Notes: a model not told the origin generated them from the sequence alone. 64,000 nucleotides of DNA from Candidatus Saccharimonadia bacterium (GCA_038230095.1 JBBRNT010000002.1:37341-101340), one strand, 5' to 3'; shown: positions 17,514 to 28,264, numbered from the stretch's first letter. Translations and numbers: made by a program.

Positions 17514-18099
17514 CGCAACTGATGTAAAGAACCTGCGTGACCAGACCGGTGCAGGTATGATGGACGCAAAGAACGCTCTGGTGGAGGCCGACGGCAACAC
17601 CGAGAAGGCTATAGAGCTGCTTCGTAAGAAGGGTATGGCAAGCGCTGCTAAGCGAGCAGACCGCGACGCCCGAGCTGGCGTGATTGCTGAGTACGTTCAC
17701 GGCGGTCGGATTGGCGTACTGGTAGAGATTAACTGCGAGACGGACTTCGTAGCGCTGACTGAGGACTTCAAGGCCTTTGCCCATGATGTGGCTATGCATA
17801 TTGCTGCTGCCAACCCAGAGTACCTCAACCCCGAGTCTGTGCCAGCCAACCTGGTAGAGAAAGAGCGCGAGCTATTTCTGGCGGAAATTGAAGGCCAGAA
17901 CAAGCCAGCCGAAATTGTGGATAAAATTGTCAGCGGCAAGCTTGAGAAGTATTATGAAACTATCTGCCTGACCAAGCAGGCGTTCGTGAAGGACCCTGAT
18001 AAGACGATTGAAGCACTTACTACCGATATTATCGCCAAAGTTGGTGAGAATATTGTCATCCGACGCTACTCAAGAATGGAATTGGGCAGCTCGAACTAG
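17503..18099 (+). CDS. tsf: Elongation factor Ts (short form)
   Basis: LRDQTGAGMMDAK, EINCETDFV. Confidence 0.97.
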   Translation: MPISATDVKNLRDQTGAGMMDAKNALVEADGNTEKAIELLRKKGMASAAKRADRDARAGVIAEYVHGGRIGVLVEINCETDFVALTEDFKAFAHDVAMHIAAANPEYLNPESVPANLVEKERELFLAEIEGQNKPAEIVDKIVSGKLEKYYETICLTKQAFVKDPDKTIEALTTDIIAKVGENIVIRRYSRMELGSSN

Positions 18100-18106
18100 G
18101 AGGGAT

Positions 18107-18667
18107 ATGGTACGAGGAATTGTAGCCGGCGTCGATCCGAAAATGACTAAGGCAATTGACCACTTAGAGACGGATCTGGGGAGTCTGCGGACTGGCCGGG
18201 CTACCACTGCGCTTGTAGAGACGGTTATGGTAGAGCAATATGGTCAATTGGCACCGCTGCGTAATGTGGCGTCACTATCTACGCCCGATGCGCGGACTAT
18301 TGCTATTACTCCCTGGGACAAGGCACTACTCCAGACAATTGAGAAAGCTATCCGCGAAACCCAGTCGCTGGGTCTAACGCCCAACAATGACGGTAGCGTC
18401 ATCCGGCTCAATATTCCGACCATGACCGAAGAGCGCCGCCGCGAGATAGTGAAGCAGCTCGGCGAGAAGGTAGAGCAGTGTCGAGTGACCTTGCGTAATG
18501 TTCGCCACGAGGCGCTTTCAGAGATAAAAAAGCTGGAACAGAGTAAGCAAGCCACTCAGGATGATCTGAAGTGGGCGGAAACGGAACTCAATAAGAAGAT
18601 TGAGGCCGCTCAGGTCAAGATTGAGGCTATATCCGGCGCCAAACAGAAGGAGATAATGGAAGTCTAG
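18107..18667 (+). CDS. frr: Ribosome recycling factor
   Basis: LRTGRA, PTMTEERRRE, RNVR. Confidence 0.96.
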   Translation: MVRGIVAGVDPKMTKAIDHLETDLGSLRTGRATTALVETVMVEQYGQLAPLRNVASLSTPDARTIAITPWDKALLQTIEKAIRETQSLGLTPNNDGSVIRLNIPTMTEERRREIVKQLGEKVEQCRVTLRNVRHEALSEIKKLEQSKQATQDDLKWAETELNKKIEAAQVKIEAISGAKQKEIMEV

Positions 18668-18690
18668 TGCCCTAGGCCAGACTTTTAACC

Positions 18691-19416
18691 ATGTCAGCCA
18701 ACGAAGTACACACGAATACCGAAATAGCGCCTGTGGTGCCGGTGCACCTGGGTATTATTCTTGATGGCAATCGCCGGTGGGCGCGCGAACAGAACCTGCC
18801 TACTTTCAAGGGCCACCAAAAAGGCTACGAGAACCTAGTAACTATCGCGGAAGCCGCCTTGGCACGCGGAGTGCGGTACCTGACCGCATTTGTCTTCTCG
18901 ACCGAGAACTGGTCGCGAAGTGCCGACGAGGTCAAATACCTAATGGACCTGTTCCTGTGGGTGGCGGAGAAGGACTGGAAACGGCTGCATGATAAGAACA
19001 CCCGACTGCGCTTCATTGGCTCCCAGGACCAGCTGCCAGCCAAGCTGGTGGCTGCCATACGCAAGGTGGAGGACATTACCAGAGACAATACTGGTGGCGA
19101 TCTGGTACTGTGCCTTAACTATGGCGGTCAGCAAGAGATTGTACAGGCGACACAGGCTATCATGGCGGCTGGACTTAAGCCAGAAGAGCTTACCAAAGAC
19201 GTCTTTAGCCAGTACCTCTACGCGCCAGATGTACCGCCGGTAGATCTAGTAATTCGCACCTCTGGCGAGCAGCGGCTATCGAACTTCATGCTGTGGCGAA
19301 TTGCTTACTCGGAGATATACTTCGGCGCAGTGACACACTGGCCGGCCTTTACGGTGGGGGACCTAGACGCCGCTTTGGACGACTACGCGCGGCGACAACG
19401 CCGGTTCGGAAAATAA
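18691..19416 (+). CDS. uppS: Polyprenyl (undecaprenyl) diphosphate synthase
   Basis: ILDGNRRWA, FSTENWSR, IRTSGEQRLSNF. Confidence 0.96.
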   Translation: MSANEVHTNTEIAPVVPVHLGIILDGNRRWAREQNLPTFKGHQKGYENLVTIAEAALARGVRYLTAFVFSTENWSRSADEVKYLMDLFLWVAEKDWKRLHDKNTRLRFIGSQDQLPAKLVAAIRKVEDITRDNTGGDLVLCLNYGGQQEIVQATQAIMAAGLKPEELTKDVFSQYLYAPDVPPVDLVIRTSGEQRLSNFMLWRIAYSEIYFGAVTHWPAFTVGDLDAALDDYARRQRRFGK

Positions 19417-19486
19417 CGGGCTCGGAGCATAGGCGGAATGGCTGAGGTTGAGTACAATAGCTAGAGCAGAATAGAAAGAGGGTAGT

Positions 19487-20560
19487 GTGATACTGATTGT
19501 GTTATTGGTAATTATTATTTTCGGAGTACTGGTGCTGAGTCACGAGTGGGGGCACTTTATGGCTGCCCGGCGCAATGGCGTAGAAGTGGAGGAATTTGGC
19601 TTCGGCTTTCCGCCGCGCATACTGGGAAAGAAGTTTGGTTCAACTCTGTACTCGGTGAATCTTCTCCCGTTGGGCGGTTTCGTCCGCCTGAAAGGCGAGG
19701 ACTCTAGTGACCGCGGTCCGGGAACATTTGGCAGCGCTACCTTCCCGGTTAAGCTGAAGATCCTGCTGGCAGGCGTAGGTATGAACGCACTCTTGGCCTA
19801 TCTTATACTGCTCTGGCTGTGCGCTACCGGCCTGCCACCGGTCCTGGACAACCAATTCACCATTGGCCACCCGACCTACGCGCAAGCTCGCGAAGTCATG
19901 GTGGCAGATGTGGGGGCTAGCACGCCAGCTGATAAGGCTGGAATAAAGCGAGGCGACTTCCTGCTGGCTGCCAATGGCACGCCACTGGTGGTGGAGAGCG
20001 ATCTGACCAACTTTACCCGGGCCAACGCCGGCAAGGAAGTAACGCTATCTATATCCCACAATGGGGTCAAGCGTGACACCACAATTACGCTACGGCCTCC
20101 GGAGCTGAAGAGCGGTTTTCTGGGCGTGACGCCAATTGTGACATACAAACTGCAATACGGATGGTGGTCGCCGGTGGAGGCATTAGGCCTGACGCTCCAG
20201 ATAGCTTGGGCGACAGTGCTGGCGTTTGTGGGGCTTATTGGCGGGCTATTTGCCCATGGGCGGATTGCCGATAATGTAACTGGTCCGGTAGGAATTACGG
20301 TGGTGCTAGGTGCGCTGGTACAGCTAGGTCTACCGTACGTATTGCTGATGGTGGCACAAATATCGTTGTCGCTTGCGGTAGTCAATGTCCTGCCACTACC
20401 TGCGCTGGACGGTGGCCGGTTTGCGCTCATTGCCTGGACGAAGGTGACCGGCCGAAAGCTGTCCGTCGCGCGCGAATCGCAGATTCATACCGTGGGCTTT
20501 GTGGCCCTCCTGGGACTAATGGTGGTAGTGACATTCCTCGACATACGGCGGCTGTTCTAG
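19487..20560 (+). CDS. rseP: RseP/M50 site-2 protease with PDZ
   Basis: HEWGH, NVLPLPALDGG. Confidence 0.94.
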   Translation: MILIVLLVIIIFGVLVLSHEWGHFMAARRNGVEVEEFGFGFPPRILGKKFGSTLYSVNLLPLGGFVRLKGEDSSDRGPGTFGSATFPVKLKILLAGVGMNALLAYLILLWLCATGLPPVLDNQFTIGHPTYAQAREVMVADVGASTPADKAGIKRGDFLLAANGTPLVVESDLTNFTRANAGKEVTLSISHNGVKRDTTITLRPPELKSGFLGVTPIVTYKLQYGWWSPVEALGLTLQIAWATVLAFVGLIGGLFAHGRIADNVTGPVGITVVLGALVQLGLPYVLLMVAQISLSLAVVNVLPLPALDGGRFALIAWTKVTGRKLSVARESQIHTVGFVALLGLMVVVTFLDIRRLF

Positions 20561-21309
20561 TGTTCGACGCCTTTCTGGGCAAGGCCAAGGTGCCAGCACT
20601 ACGCGTGCCTTGGAAAATTCGTGACTCGTTTATTGTATTCTTTGTAGCGTGGTTGGGCGCGGAACTGGTAGCGCTGATCGCCCTGAAGTCGCTTGCGCAC
20701 CGTCTAGCCTGGGCCCAGACGGCGTACAATGCCCTGCTGAGCGGCAATATATACGCCAGCTTTACAACGTACCTGCTGTCGGCAATTATTGGCCTGTCGC
20801 TGGTAGCTTACTTTGTTCGTCGCAATCGTGCCAGTCTGGCCGATCTAGGACTACGGCCCTTTAACGTGGTGTCGGCGATTACACTCATACTTGCTATCTA
20901 CATTGGGTTTAGCATAATGATTGGCTTCCTATTTGTGCTCATTACCGTGCTTGTGCCCAGCTTCAATGCAAACCAGGCGCAAAGTAATGACTTTACCACA
21001 CCAGCTACGGGAGTGGCCGCCGAGCTGAGCCTGTTTGCGCTGGTGATTGTGCCGGCGGTGCTTGAAGAGGTGGTATTCCGCGGCTTCATGTTCTCGGCCA
21101 TGGCCACGCGCTGGGGTACAGTGGGTGGCGCAGTAGCTTCCAGTGCACTGTTTGCGCTGGCGCACGGCCAGTGGAACGCCATTGTCTACACCTTCGTGCT
21201 TGGTCTGCTATTATGTTTGATGTATCGGCGGCTTGGCAGTATTTGGCCGGGCATGCTACTCCATGCCATTAATAACTATATTGCCTTCAGTGCCCTTGTT
21301 CATAAGTAA
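20560..21309 (+). CDS. CPBP (CAAX/Abi) intramembrane metalloprotease
   Basis: EEVVFRG, FALAH, HAINN motifs. Confidence 0.9.
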   Translation: MFDAFLGKAKVPALRVPWKIRDSFIVFFVAWLGAELVALIALKSLAHRLAWAQTAYNALLSGNIYASFTTYLLSAIIGLSLVAYFVRRNRASLADLGLRPFNVVSAITLILAIYIGFSIMIGFLFVLITVLVPSFNANQAQSNDFTTPATGVAAELSLFALVIVPAVLEEVVFRGFMFSAMATRWGTVGGAVASSALFALAHGQWNAIVYTFVLGLLLCLMYRRLGSIWPGMLLHAINNYIAFSALVHK

Positions 21310-21315
21310 GGAACT

Positions 21316-22563
21316 ATGATGAAACTGTCTCAGAGCTTTGCCCGACCATCCAAGTCCGTGCCAGACCTAGATACTGCCAATGCTCGCTTGCTGGTGCAGG
21401 CTGGGTTTGTCGACCAGCTCATGGCCGGTGTGTACTCGTACCTGCCAATGGGGCTGCGGGTACTACGCAAGATAGAGCAGATTGTTCGCGAAGAGATGAA
21501 TGGCATCGGAGGGCAGGAAGTGCTCATGCCGGGTCTGCACCCACGCGCCAACTGGGAGACTACTGGTGGCTGGGATAAGGTAGATGTGCTATTTAAGATT
21601 AAGAGCCGCACGGACAATGACTACGCCCTAGCCCAGAGCGCTGAGGAGATTGTGACGCCCTTGGTGATGAGCCGCGCTGTAAGCTACCGTGACCTACCGC
21701 TTGCAACCTATCAGATCGCCTGGAAGTTCCGTGATGAGCTACGCGCCAAGTCCGGTATCCTCCGTGGCCGCGAGTTCCTAATGAAAGACATGTATAGCTT
21801 CCATACGACTCAAGAAGACTTTCTGCGTTACTACGAGTCTGTGAAGCAGGCTTATCTACGGGTTTACGACCGACTGGGGCTTGTCGCGAAGGTGACAGAG
21901 GCGTCTGGCGGAAACTTTACTGAGAAAATATCCTACGAGTTTGAGGTTTTGACCGATGCTGGCGAAGACGTCATATACTACTGCGAAAAGTGCGACTTTG
22001 CGGTAGAGGATGAGATTGCCAAGGTGAAGCCGGGAGATGTCTGTCCACGCTGTGGCAAAGGCACCCTGAAAGAGGGCAAGTCTGCCGAGGTTGGCAATGT
22101 GTTTGATCTAGGCCAGAAGTTCGGCCAGGACTTCGATCTACCATTCGTAGACGAGAACAATCAACGGAACTATCCCTTCATGGGCTGCTACGGCATAGGC
22201 ATTACCCGAGTGATGGGTGTCATTGTAGAGAAGTACAATGATGAGAGTGGCATTATCTGGCCTGCCAGTGTAGCGCCATTTGCGGTCCACCTGGTACGCC
22301 TTGGGGATGATGAGGCGGTGGTGGCTGCGGCCGACAAGCTGTATGGCGATCTCGAAAAAGCCGGCATCGAAGTGCTGTACGACGACCGGGACCAACCGGC
22401 CGGGGCCAAGTTTGCTACCGCTGACCTTATCGGCTGCCCACAGCGGGTGACTATCTCGAAACGCACCCTGGAAAACGGGGAAGTAGAGCTCAAGGCCCGC
22501 GCAAGCGAAGACACTGTCATGGTGGCGCTGGCGGCTGTTGTGTCCAAACTAGCCCAAAAATAA
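21316..22563 (+). CDS. proS: Proline--tRNA ligase (short form, no INS editing domain)
   Basis: KFRDELRAKSGILRGREFLMKDMYSF, MGCYGIGITR. Confidence 0.96.
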   Translation: MMKLSQSFARPSKSVPDLDTANARLLVQAGFVDQLMAGVYSYLPMGLRVLRKIEQIVREEMNGIGGQEVLMPGLHPRANWETTGGWDKVDVLFKIKSRTDNDYALAQSAEEIVTPLVMSRAVSYRDLPLATYQIAWKFRDELRAKSGILRGREFLMKDMYSFHTTQEDFLRYYESVKQAYLRVYDRLGLVAKVTEASGGNFTEKISYEFEVLTDAGEDVIYYCEKCDFAVEDEIAKVKPGDVCPRCGKGTLKEGKSAEVGNVFDLGQKFGQDFDLPFVDENNQRNYPFMGCYGIGITRVMGVIVEKYNDESGIIWPASVAPFAVHLVRLGDDEAVVAAADKLYGDLEKAGIEVLYDDRDQPAGAKFATADLIGCPQRVTISKRTLENGEVELKARASEDTVMVALAAVVSKLAQK

Positions 22564-22786
22564 TCGCCCCAGTCTGGCGCGAGGCAAGAATGAGGCAGGG
22601 GTGTGGCGTGGTGTTGATCGGCTGATTGTTGGGCTTGGTGTGAGAGGCGCGGATAATGGATGTAGCAACACTTGGTGAGGCTATGAGCCGATGAGCAGCG
22701 CTCTATCTTCTGTACCACGCGTGTCACATATGATAGTCGCGACTATCGGGGCACGGGGAACCAGCCACGCTCGGCAAGGGTCACAC

Positions 22787-22984
22787 CTAGGGCCCGTAGC
22801 GTTTCCCTCTCCGTCTTGGTGTAACTTCCCAATTAATATTGGGAGTTTTCGTGTCGAGGTAGTCTGCTAGGGTGCCCCCGGTGATCTTGGCGCCTTTGAG
22901 TAAGCGCAGTGCCGTATCCACTATCATCGAGATGATGATGGCCAGACACACACCAATAATTTCTGATTTTGAGGTACGTCGCAT
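22787..22984 (-). CDS. Small hypothetical membrane protein
   Basis: SD GAAAGGT; one hydrophobic helix, basic tail. Confidence 0.45.
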   Translation of the reverse strand: MRRTSKSEIIGVCLAIIISMIVDTALRLLKGAKITGGTLADYLDTKTPNINWEVTPRRRGKRYGP

Positions 22985-23096
22985 GGGACACCTTTCGGTC
23001 GAGGAGCTGCACTAGTTGTAGCATGTTTGGGTTTACCCGTACAGTATCCTCAAGAAATAGCCCCTTCACCAGATAAATGGTAAAGGGGCAAAACTG

Positions 23097-23612
23097 CTAC
23101 GGGATGTAAATAGCTTTGAGCAGGAGAGTAAGACAGAAGATCGCCCCTGCCGTGGCGACAAGCCGCAGGACCAAGCAGACTGCAAGAGAATGCTTATTAG
23201 CGGCTAACAGCGCCATCAGCCTCAAGGCAGTTGCGGTTACCCAAAAGGCCGCTATAGACCCGGCCATATTGGTGAAGGTGTTGTGCCCGCCAAAGTTGTT
23301 ACCTACAAAGGCCCACACACCCAGCGCAAGGATGACGGCAAGCAGGAACCGGTAGTAGCCTACAGAGACCAAGTTGCGGTTGGCGGTGGCCCGAGACGGC
23401 CTTAGCGTCGGCATGGGGTAGTGGGAGACCGAGGGCTCGCTGAAGGAGGCATTTGCTGGAGCGGGCTCCTGGGAAGCAAAGTCATACATGGCGTAGGAAG
23501 AATGCTGTGGCCGATAGGGCTCAGCCACTTCGCTGCGTTCGCCGGAGTGCCAGGCCTTAATCATGGCAATGAGCTCGGCCTCGAAAGGGTCCTGATGGGG
23601 TGCGTCATCCAC
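23097..23612 (-). CDS. Hypothetical membrane protein
   Basis: SD AGGAG and upstream TATAAT; three C-terminal TM segments. Confidence 0.65.
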   Translation of the reverse strand: MDDAPHQDPFEAELIAMIKAWHSGERSEVAEPYRPQHSSYAMYDFASQEPAPANASFSEPSVSHYPMPTLRPSRATANRNLVSVGYYRFLLAVILALGVWAFVGNNFGGHNTFTNMAGSIAAFWVTATALRLMALLAANKHSLAVCLVLRLVATAGAIFCLTLLLKAIYIP

Positions 23613-23910
23613 GAAAGTCTCCTGTCAATCGAGAGAATGATCATATTATACGCTTTTTGGGTGGTTATGGATACATAAAAGGGATCGATATGGCATATTG
23701 AACACAATAGTTATACTCATAAGAAGACCCGAGAATCTCAGCTGTTTGACAGGCTGGCCTGAACACAAGAGTTGTGCTTGTGGTTGCTAGCCAGTCCTGA
23801 TAAACTGAAGGGGTGGTAAGGCTATTTTTGCAACAAAATACGCCAAATTTAGGTATTGAAAACCTGGTTTTCAATGTCCATATTGGCTTATTTCAGATGG
23901 GGTGCCGCTG

Positions 23911-24963
23911 GTGATTAATCGCATCCTAGGCATGTTTAGTCACGATATTGGTATAGACCTGGGCACTGCCAATACGCTGGTCTATGTGAAGGGCAAGGGC
24001 ATTGTAATAAACGAGCCAAGCGTTGTGGCTATCAATGTGAAGACCAGCCAGGTACTGGCTATTGGCGATGAGGCCAAGAAGATGGTAGGCAAGACGCCGG
24101 CCTCCATTGTGGCGACACGGCCGCTGGTGGACGGGGTAGTGAGTGATTTCGAGGTGACCGAGCAAATGCTCCGCTACTTCATAGACAAGGTCCATAAGGA
24201 GAGCTTTACACTCTTCCCTCGTCCGCGGGTAGTTATAGGGATACCATCCGGTGTGACTGAGGTAGAAAAGCGAGCGGTAGAGGATGCGGCAACCAACGCC
24301 GGGGCTCGACAGGCCTTTCTGATCGAGGAGCCGATGGCGGCGGCTATTGGAAGCCGTTTGCCGATCCAAGACGCAGCCGGGAGCATGATAGTAGACATTG
24401 GTGGGGGTACAACTGAAGTAGCGGTTATCTCGCTTGGTGGTATCGTGGCGTCTCGGAGCCTGCGAACCGCTGGGGATGAACTGAATGACGATATTATCCA
24501 GTTTGCGCGCGACGAATTTAGCCTCCAGATTGGGGAGCGGACAGCGGAGAACATTAAGCTAGCAATTGGCTCGGCATACCCGACGGCTGGGCTTAGCGAG
24601 GCGCCGATGCGCGGGCGTGATCTGGTAAGTGGGCTACCAAAGGAAATTATTGTTAACGGCGACCAGATCCGCCAGGCACTGGCCAAAAGCGTACGAGAGA
24701 TTATAGAGGCTATTAAGATAACCATCGAGGAGACACCACCCGAGCTCCTTGCCGATATTATGGACCGCGGGATTGTTCTTGCTGGTGGTGGTGCTTTGCT
24801 GCGCGGCCTTGACGAGCTAATAATCCGTGAGACCAAAATGCCGGTTCATGTAGCAGACGATCCGCTTACTGCCGTAGCGCGCGGGACTGGCTTGGTACTT
24901 GAAGACATTGATTCGCTCAAAGAGGTACTTGTACCGACGCAATTTGGAAAAATTCCACGCTAG
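23911..24963 (+). CDS. mreB: Rod shape-determining protein MreB
   Basis: DIGIDLGTANT, EEPMAAAIG, DIGGGTTE. Confidence 0.97.
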   Translation: MINRILGMFSHDIGIDLGTANTLVYVKGKGIVINEPSVVAINVKTSQVLAIGDEAKKMVGKTPASIVATRPLVDGVVSDFEVTEQMLRYFIDKVHKESFTLFPRPRVVIGIPSGVTEVEKRAVEDAATNAGARQAFLIEEPMAAAIGSRLPIQDAAGSMIVDIGGGTTEVAVISLGGIVASRSLRTAGDELNDDIIQFARDEFSLQIGERTAENIKLAIGSAYPTAGLSEAPMRGRDLVSGLPKEIIVNGDQIRQALAKSVREIIEAIKITIEETPPELLADIMDRGIVLAGGGALLRGLDELIIRETKMPVHVADDPLTAVARGTGLVLEDIDSLKEVLVPTQFGKIPR

Positions 24964-24975
24964 GAAGGGGGCCCT

Positions 24976-25770
24976 ATGAAACAACGAGGCCGTCGGACCA
25001 TGATTGTGGTGATAGCAGCCGGCATAGCCCTGTTGTGGGCCAATCAGCTCGGACTGCTTAACCCAGTAAAAGCGGTGCTGAGCTATGCTCTGACGCCGGT
25101 ACAGCGGGTGTTTGCCGGCGCCGGTAGCGGTGTGGGCGGCTTTCTCGGTACGGTTACGCAGATCCGTACGCTAGCGGATAGCAATGCTCATCTGGAGCAG
25201 CAGATAGGCGAGCTGCGCCGGCAGCTGAGCGACGATACCGAACTGCGGCGGGAGAACGAGTCTCTGCGCCACCAGCTCAATTTCGGAACCACACCGATAG
25301 CAAGCCTCATACCTGCGCAGGTGGTGGCGTACCAATCGGACAACTTCCGTCAATTCCTGACGATCAATCGCGGTTCGCGCGATGGCCTGAAAGAGGGCAT
25401 GGCAGTGGTCAGCGAGGGCTACCTTGTGGGAAAGATTACCGAAGTCATGCCGGCCAGCGCCAAGGTATTCCTGGTGGTGGACCCGGCCTTTCGGGTAAAT
25501 GCTATCGACCAATCGAGCCGTGCGTCTGGCACCATCCACGGCCAGATTGGTAACGGGCTGGTGATGGACAAAGTGGCACAAAGCGACCAGATAGCCGTGG
25601 GAGACACTATTATCACCAGCGGCTTGGCGGGGGATCTACCCCCTGGCCTCCTGGTGGGCCGAGTCGAGAGTGTATCGAGCAAAGACAATGCCGTATTCCA
25701 GTCGGCTCAGGTTACCAGCGCATTGAAGTTCTCGAAAATTGAGCTGGTATTTGCGGTGGGCGGCTCATGA
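24976..25770 (+). CDS. mreC: MreC
   Basis: TM + coiled coil, INRGSRDG, TSG.....PPGLLVG; synteny. Confidence 0.93.
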   Translation: MKQRGRRTMIVVIAAGIALLWANQLGLLNPVKAVLSYALTPVQRVFAGAGSGVGGFLGTVTQIRTLADSNAHLEQQIGELRRQLSDDTELRRENESLRHQLNFGTTPIASLIPAQVVAYQSDNFRQFLTINRGSRDGLKEGMAVVSEGYLVGKITEVMPASAKVFLVVDPAFRVNAIDQSSRASGTIHGQIGNGLVMDKVAQSDQIAVGDTIITSGLAGDLPPGLLVGRVESVSSKDNAVFQSAQVTSALKFSKIELVFAVGGS

Positions 25771-26276
25771 GGCGGGTTTGGCTAATTGGTGGCCTCGTGC
25801 TAGCCTTTCTGTTTCAGGTGAGCTTCTTCGGGGCGGCTCACTTACTGGGGGTAGCGCCAAATATTCTGCTAGTTGCGGTAGTCTTACTCGTGCCGGTACT
25901 GGCGCCCCCGGAGCTGGTAGCTACCGCGGTAGGGATTGGGTTTGTGCTTGATATGGTGAGCGGTGCGGACTTCGGCCTGCGAACGGCGTTCTTCGTCATG
26001 GCGGCTCTGGCTCTGCTCGTATTACGTAACAGCGGAGTGGATAGTGAGCGGCCAGTGACAGCGCTACTACTCATACTGGCGGCTGGTCTAGCCTACAATG
26101 TCGTTATCGCCACTGGCCTGGTGGCTAGCGGCACCTTTCCTGCACCGTGGACCATTCTGAGCCTTGGCCTGCGCGAATTTATTCTGGATGCGGTATGCCT
26201 AGTGGTACTGCGTTTCTGGGTAGTGCTGCTGGGACGTGAGGGTGGCACACTGCCTATCCGAAGGCGCGCGCTATGA
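25767..26276 (+). CDS. mreD: MreD
   Basis: Hydrophobic, GVAPNILL, G..LD; synteny. Confidence 0.85.
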   Translation: MRRVWLIGGLVLAFLFQVSFFGAAHLLGVAPNILLVAVVLLVPVLAPPELVATAVGIGFVLDMVSGADFGLRTAFFVMAALALLVLRNSGVDSERPVTALLLILAAGLAYNVVIATGLVASGTFPAPWTILSLGLREFILDAVCLVVLRFWVVLLGREGGTLPIRRRAL

Positions 26277-28264
26277 GCACGGGACCACTATTCGGCTATG
26301 CCGGCGAGACCAGGCCACGCGCCGGTCGGGCAACAATTGTGCGGGATGGTGGCGACCACGAGCGCTGGACTGATGGGTTTATGCCTAGCAATGCAGATGC
26401 GGGCGTAGTGGAAGAGACGCCAGCCGCGAAGCGCCCGCTTCTGGTGCTAATTGGCCTAACTCTGCTGATAATGGCCGTGCTGATGACGAAGCTCTTTAGC
26501 CTACAGATTAACCAAGGTGAGCGCAATCTGGGGCTTGCCAATGGCAACCGAATCCGAGGCAAGGTACTGCGGGCGCCGCGGGGGGTTATCTACGACCGTA
26601 ATGGCGGTGTGCTAGTGCGCAATACAGCCAATTTCGATCTAACTGTGGTGCCATCTATGCTACCGAAGGACCGTCCGGCGCGTGACGCATTGTATACCAA
26701 GGTAGCGGCTATGCTGGGACGGACGCCTGAAGAGATTGCTGCGGCACCGGAGAAGGTTCTGGCTAATCTCAAAAATGCTTCGGGCTGGGCGGCCCCACAG
26801 CTGGTGCTGAGCGGCCTTGCCCGAGACCAAGCGCTGGTGCTCGACCAAGGCTCTCTGGACATGCCTGGCTTTAGCCTGGACGTAAACCCGGTTCGGGAGT
26901 ACCTGGACGGTGGCGTCCTCTCGGCATTTCTGGGCTATACTGGGCGCATTAGTCCAGAAGAGTACACGGCCCACCCTGACGCGTACCTGCCGACTGACTA
27001 TATAGGCAAGCTTGGCCTGGAAAAGCAGTACGAGTCGACGCTTCGAGGTGAAAACGGCAGTGAGCAGACTGAGGTGGATGCCGCGGGCCATCCGATCCGC
27101 CTGCTCGCAAGTAAGCCTGCCGTGCCCGGCAATAGTGTGGTGCTCACGATTGACCGGGGCCTACAGGCGAAGCTCGCAGAGAGCCTGCAGAAGCAGCTGG
27201 CTGCCTCGGGATCGCACAAGGGGAGTGCAATAGCGCTGGACCCTCGTAATGGCGATGTTCTGGCTGCCGTCAGCCTACCTAGCTATGACAACAACCTATT
27301 TAGCCGGGGGATTTCCCAAGCCGATTACCAACGCCTGGTGAACGACCCCGGCCAACCACTATTTAATAAGGCCACTATGGGGGGGTATCCCTCTGGTTCG
27401 ATTATTAAGCCCCTTATCGGCTCGGCTGCGTTACAGGAGGGGGTAATAACGCCATCAACTACTGTTGAGGACAAGGGGAGTCTCCAGGTTAAAAACCCCT
27501 ATAATCCGGACATTACCTATACCTTTAATGGCTGGGAAAAGGGTGGACTGGGAGTGGTCAGCATCTATCGTGCGATTGCCATGAGCTCCGACATTTTCTT
27601 CTATGTGGTGGGCGGAGGCTACGCCAATATTAACGGTCTGGGAGTGAACCGACTGGCCAGCTACTACCAGAAATTTGGTCTGGGGACCAAGACCGGGGTA
27701 GACCTGCCGGAAGAGTCTAGTGGCCGGGTGCCGACACCAGACTGGAAGCAGCGGATCATAAAGGAGCCATGGTACACCGGCGATACCTATAATATTTCGG
27801 TCGGACAAGGCGATATTCTGGTCTCGCCACTCCAGATGGCAACGGCGATCGCGGCGGTGGCGAACGGTGGCACGCTCTACAAACCACACTTCCTGAAAGA
27901 CATTGTGGACGAGCAGGGGCAGATACAAAAGGTAGCCGCCTCAGAAGTGGTCCGTAGGGGCTTTATAAGCGCGGCCAATTTGACGGTGGTGCGTGAGGCT
28001 ATGCGCCAAACTGTAACCTCCGGTACGGCATGCTGCATTATGGAGCAGCAAGTGCCGGTACACGTGGCAGGCAAGACCGGCACTGCGGAGACTGATCCTG
28101 GCGGCAACCGTAAACCGCATGCCTGGTTCGAAGCCTTCGCGCCATATGAGGACCCCAAGATAGTGGTGGTAGCTATGGTGGAGAACAGCGGTGAGGGTGC
28201 CGAGTATGCGGTACCGGCGGTGCGCGAGACGCTGGCGTGGTACTTTAGCCAGCCGAGAAACTAG
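26273..28264 (+). CDS. mrdA: Penicillin-binding protein 2
   Basis: APRGVIYDRNG, SxxK (SIIK), SSD, KTG. Confidence 0.95.
   Translation: MSTGPLFGYAGETRPRAGRATIVRDGGDHERWTDGFMPSNADAGVVEETPAAKRPLLVLIGLTLLIMAVLMTKLFSLQINQGERNLGLANGNRIRGKVLRAPRGVIYDRNGGVLVRNTANFDLTVVPSMLPKDRPARDALYTKVAAMLGRTPEEIAAAPEKVLANLKNASGWAAPQLVLSGLARDQALVLDQGSLDMPGFSLDVNPVREYLDGGVLSAFLGYTGRISPEEYTAHPDAYLPTDYIGKLGLEKQYESTLRGENGSEQTEVDAAGHPIRLLASKPAVPGNSVVLTIDRGLQAKLAESLQKQLAASGSHKGSAIALDPRNGDVLAAVSLPSYDNNLFSRGISQADYQRLVNDPGQPLFNKATMGGYPSGSIIKPLIGSAALQEGVITPSTTVEDKGSLQVKNPYNPDITYTFNGWEKGGLGVVSIYRAIAMSSDIFFYVVGGGYANINGLGVNRLASYYQKFGLGTKTGVDLPEESSGRVPTPDWKQRIIKEPWYTGDTYNISVGQGDILVSPLQMATAIAAVANGGTLYKPHFLKDIVDEQGQIQKVAASEVVRRGFISAANLTVVREAMRQTVTSGTACCIMEQQVPVHVAGKTGTAETDPGGNRKPHAWFEAFAPYEDPKIVVVAMVENSGEGAEYAVPAVRETLAWYFSQPRN

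Noticed and set aside
22188-22727. 179-aa minus-strand ORF overlapping the proS end
   Set aside because: Mostly antisense to proS, with no recognizable motif or RBS
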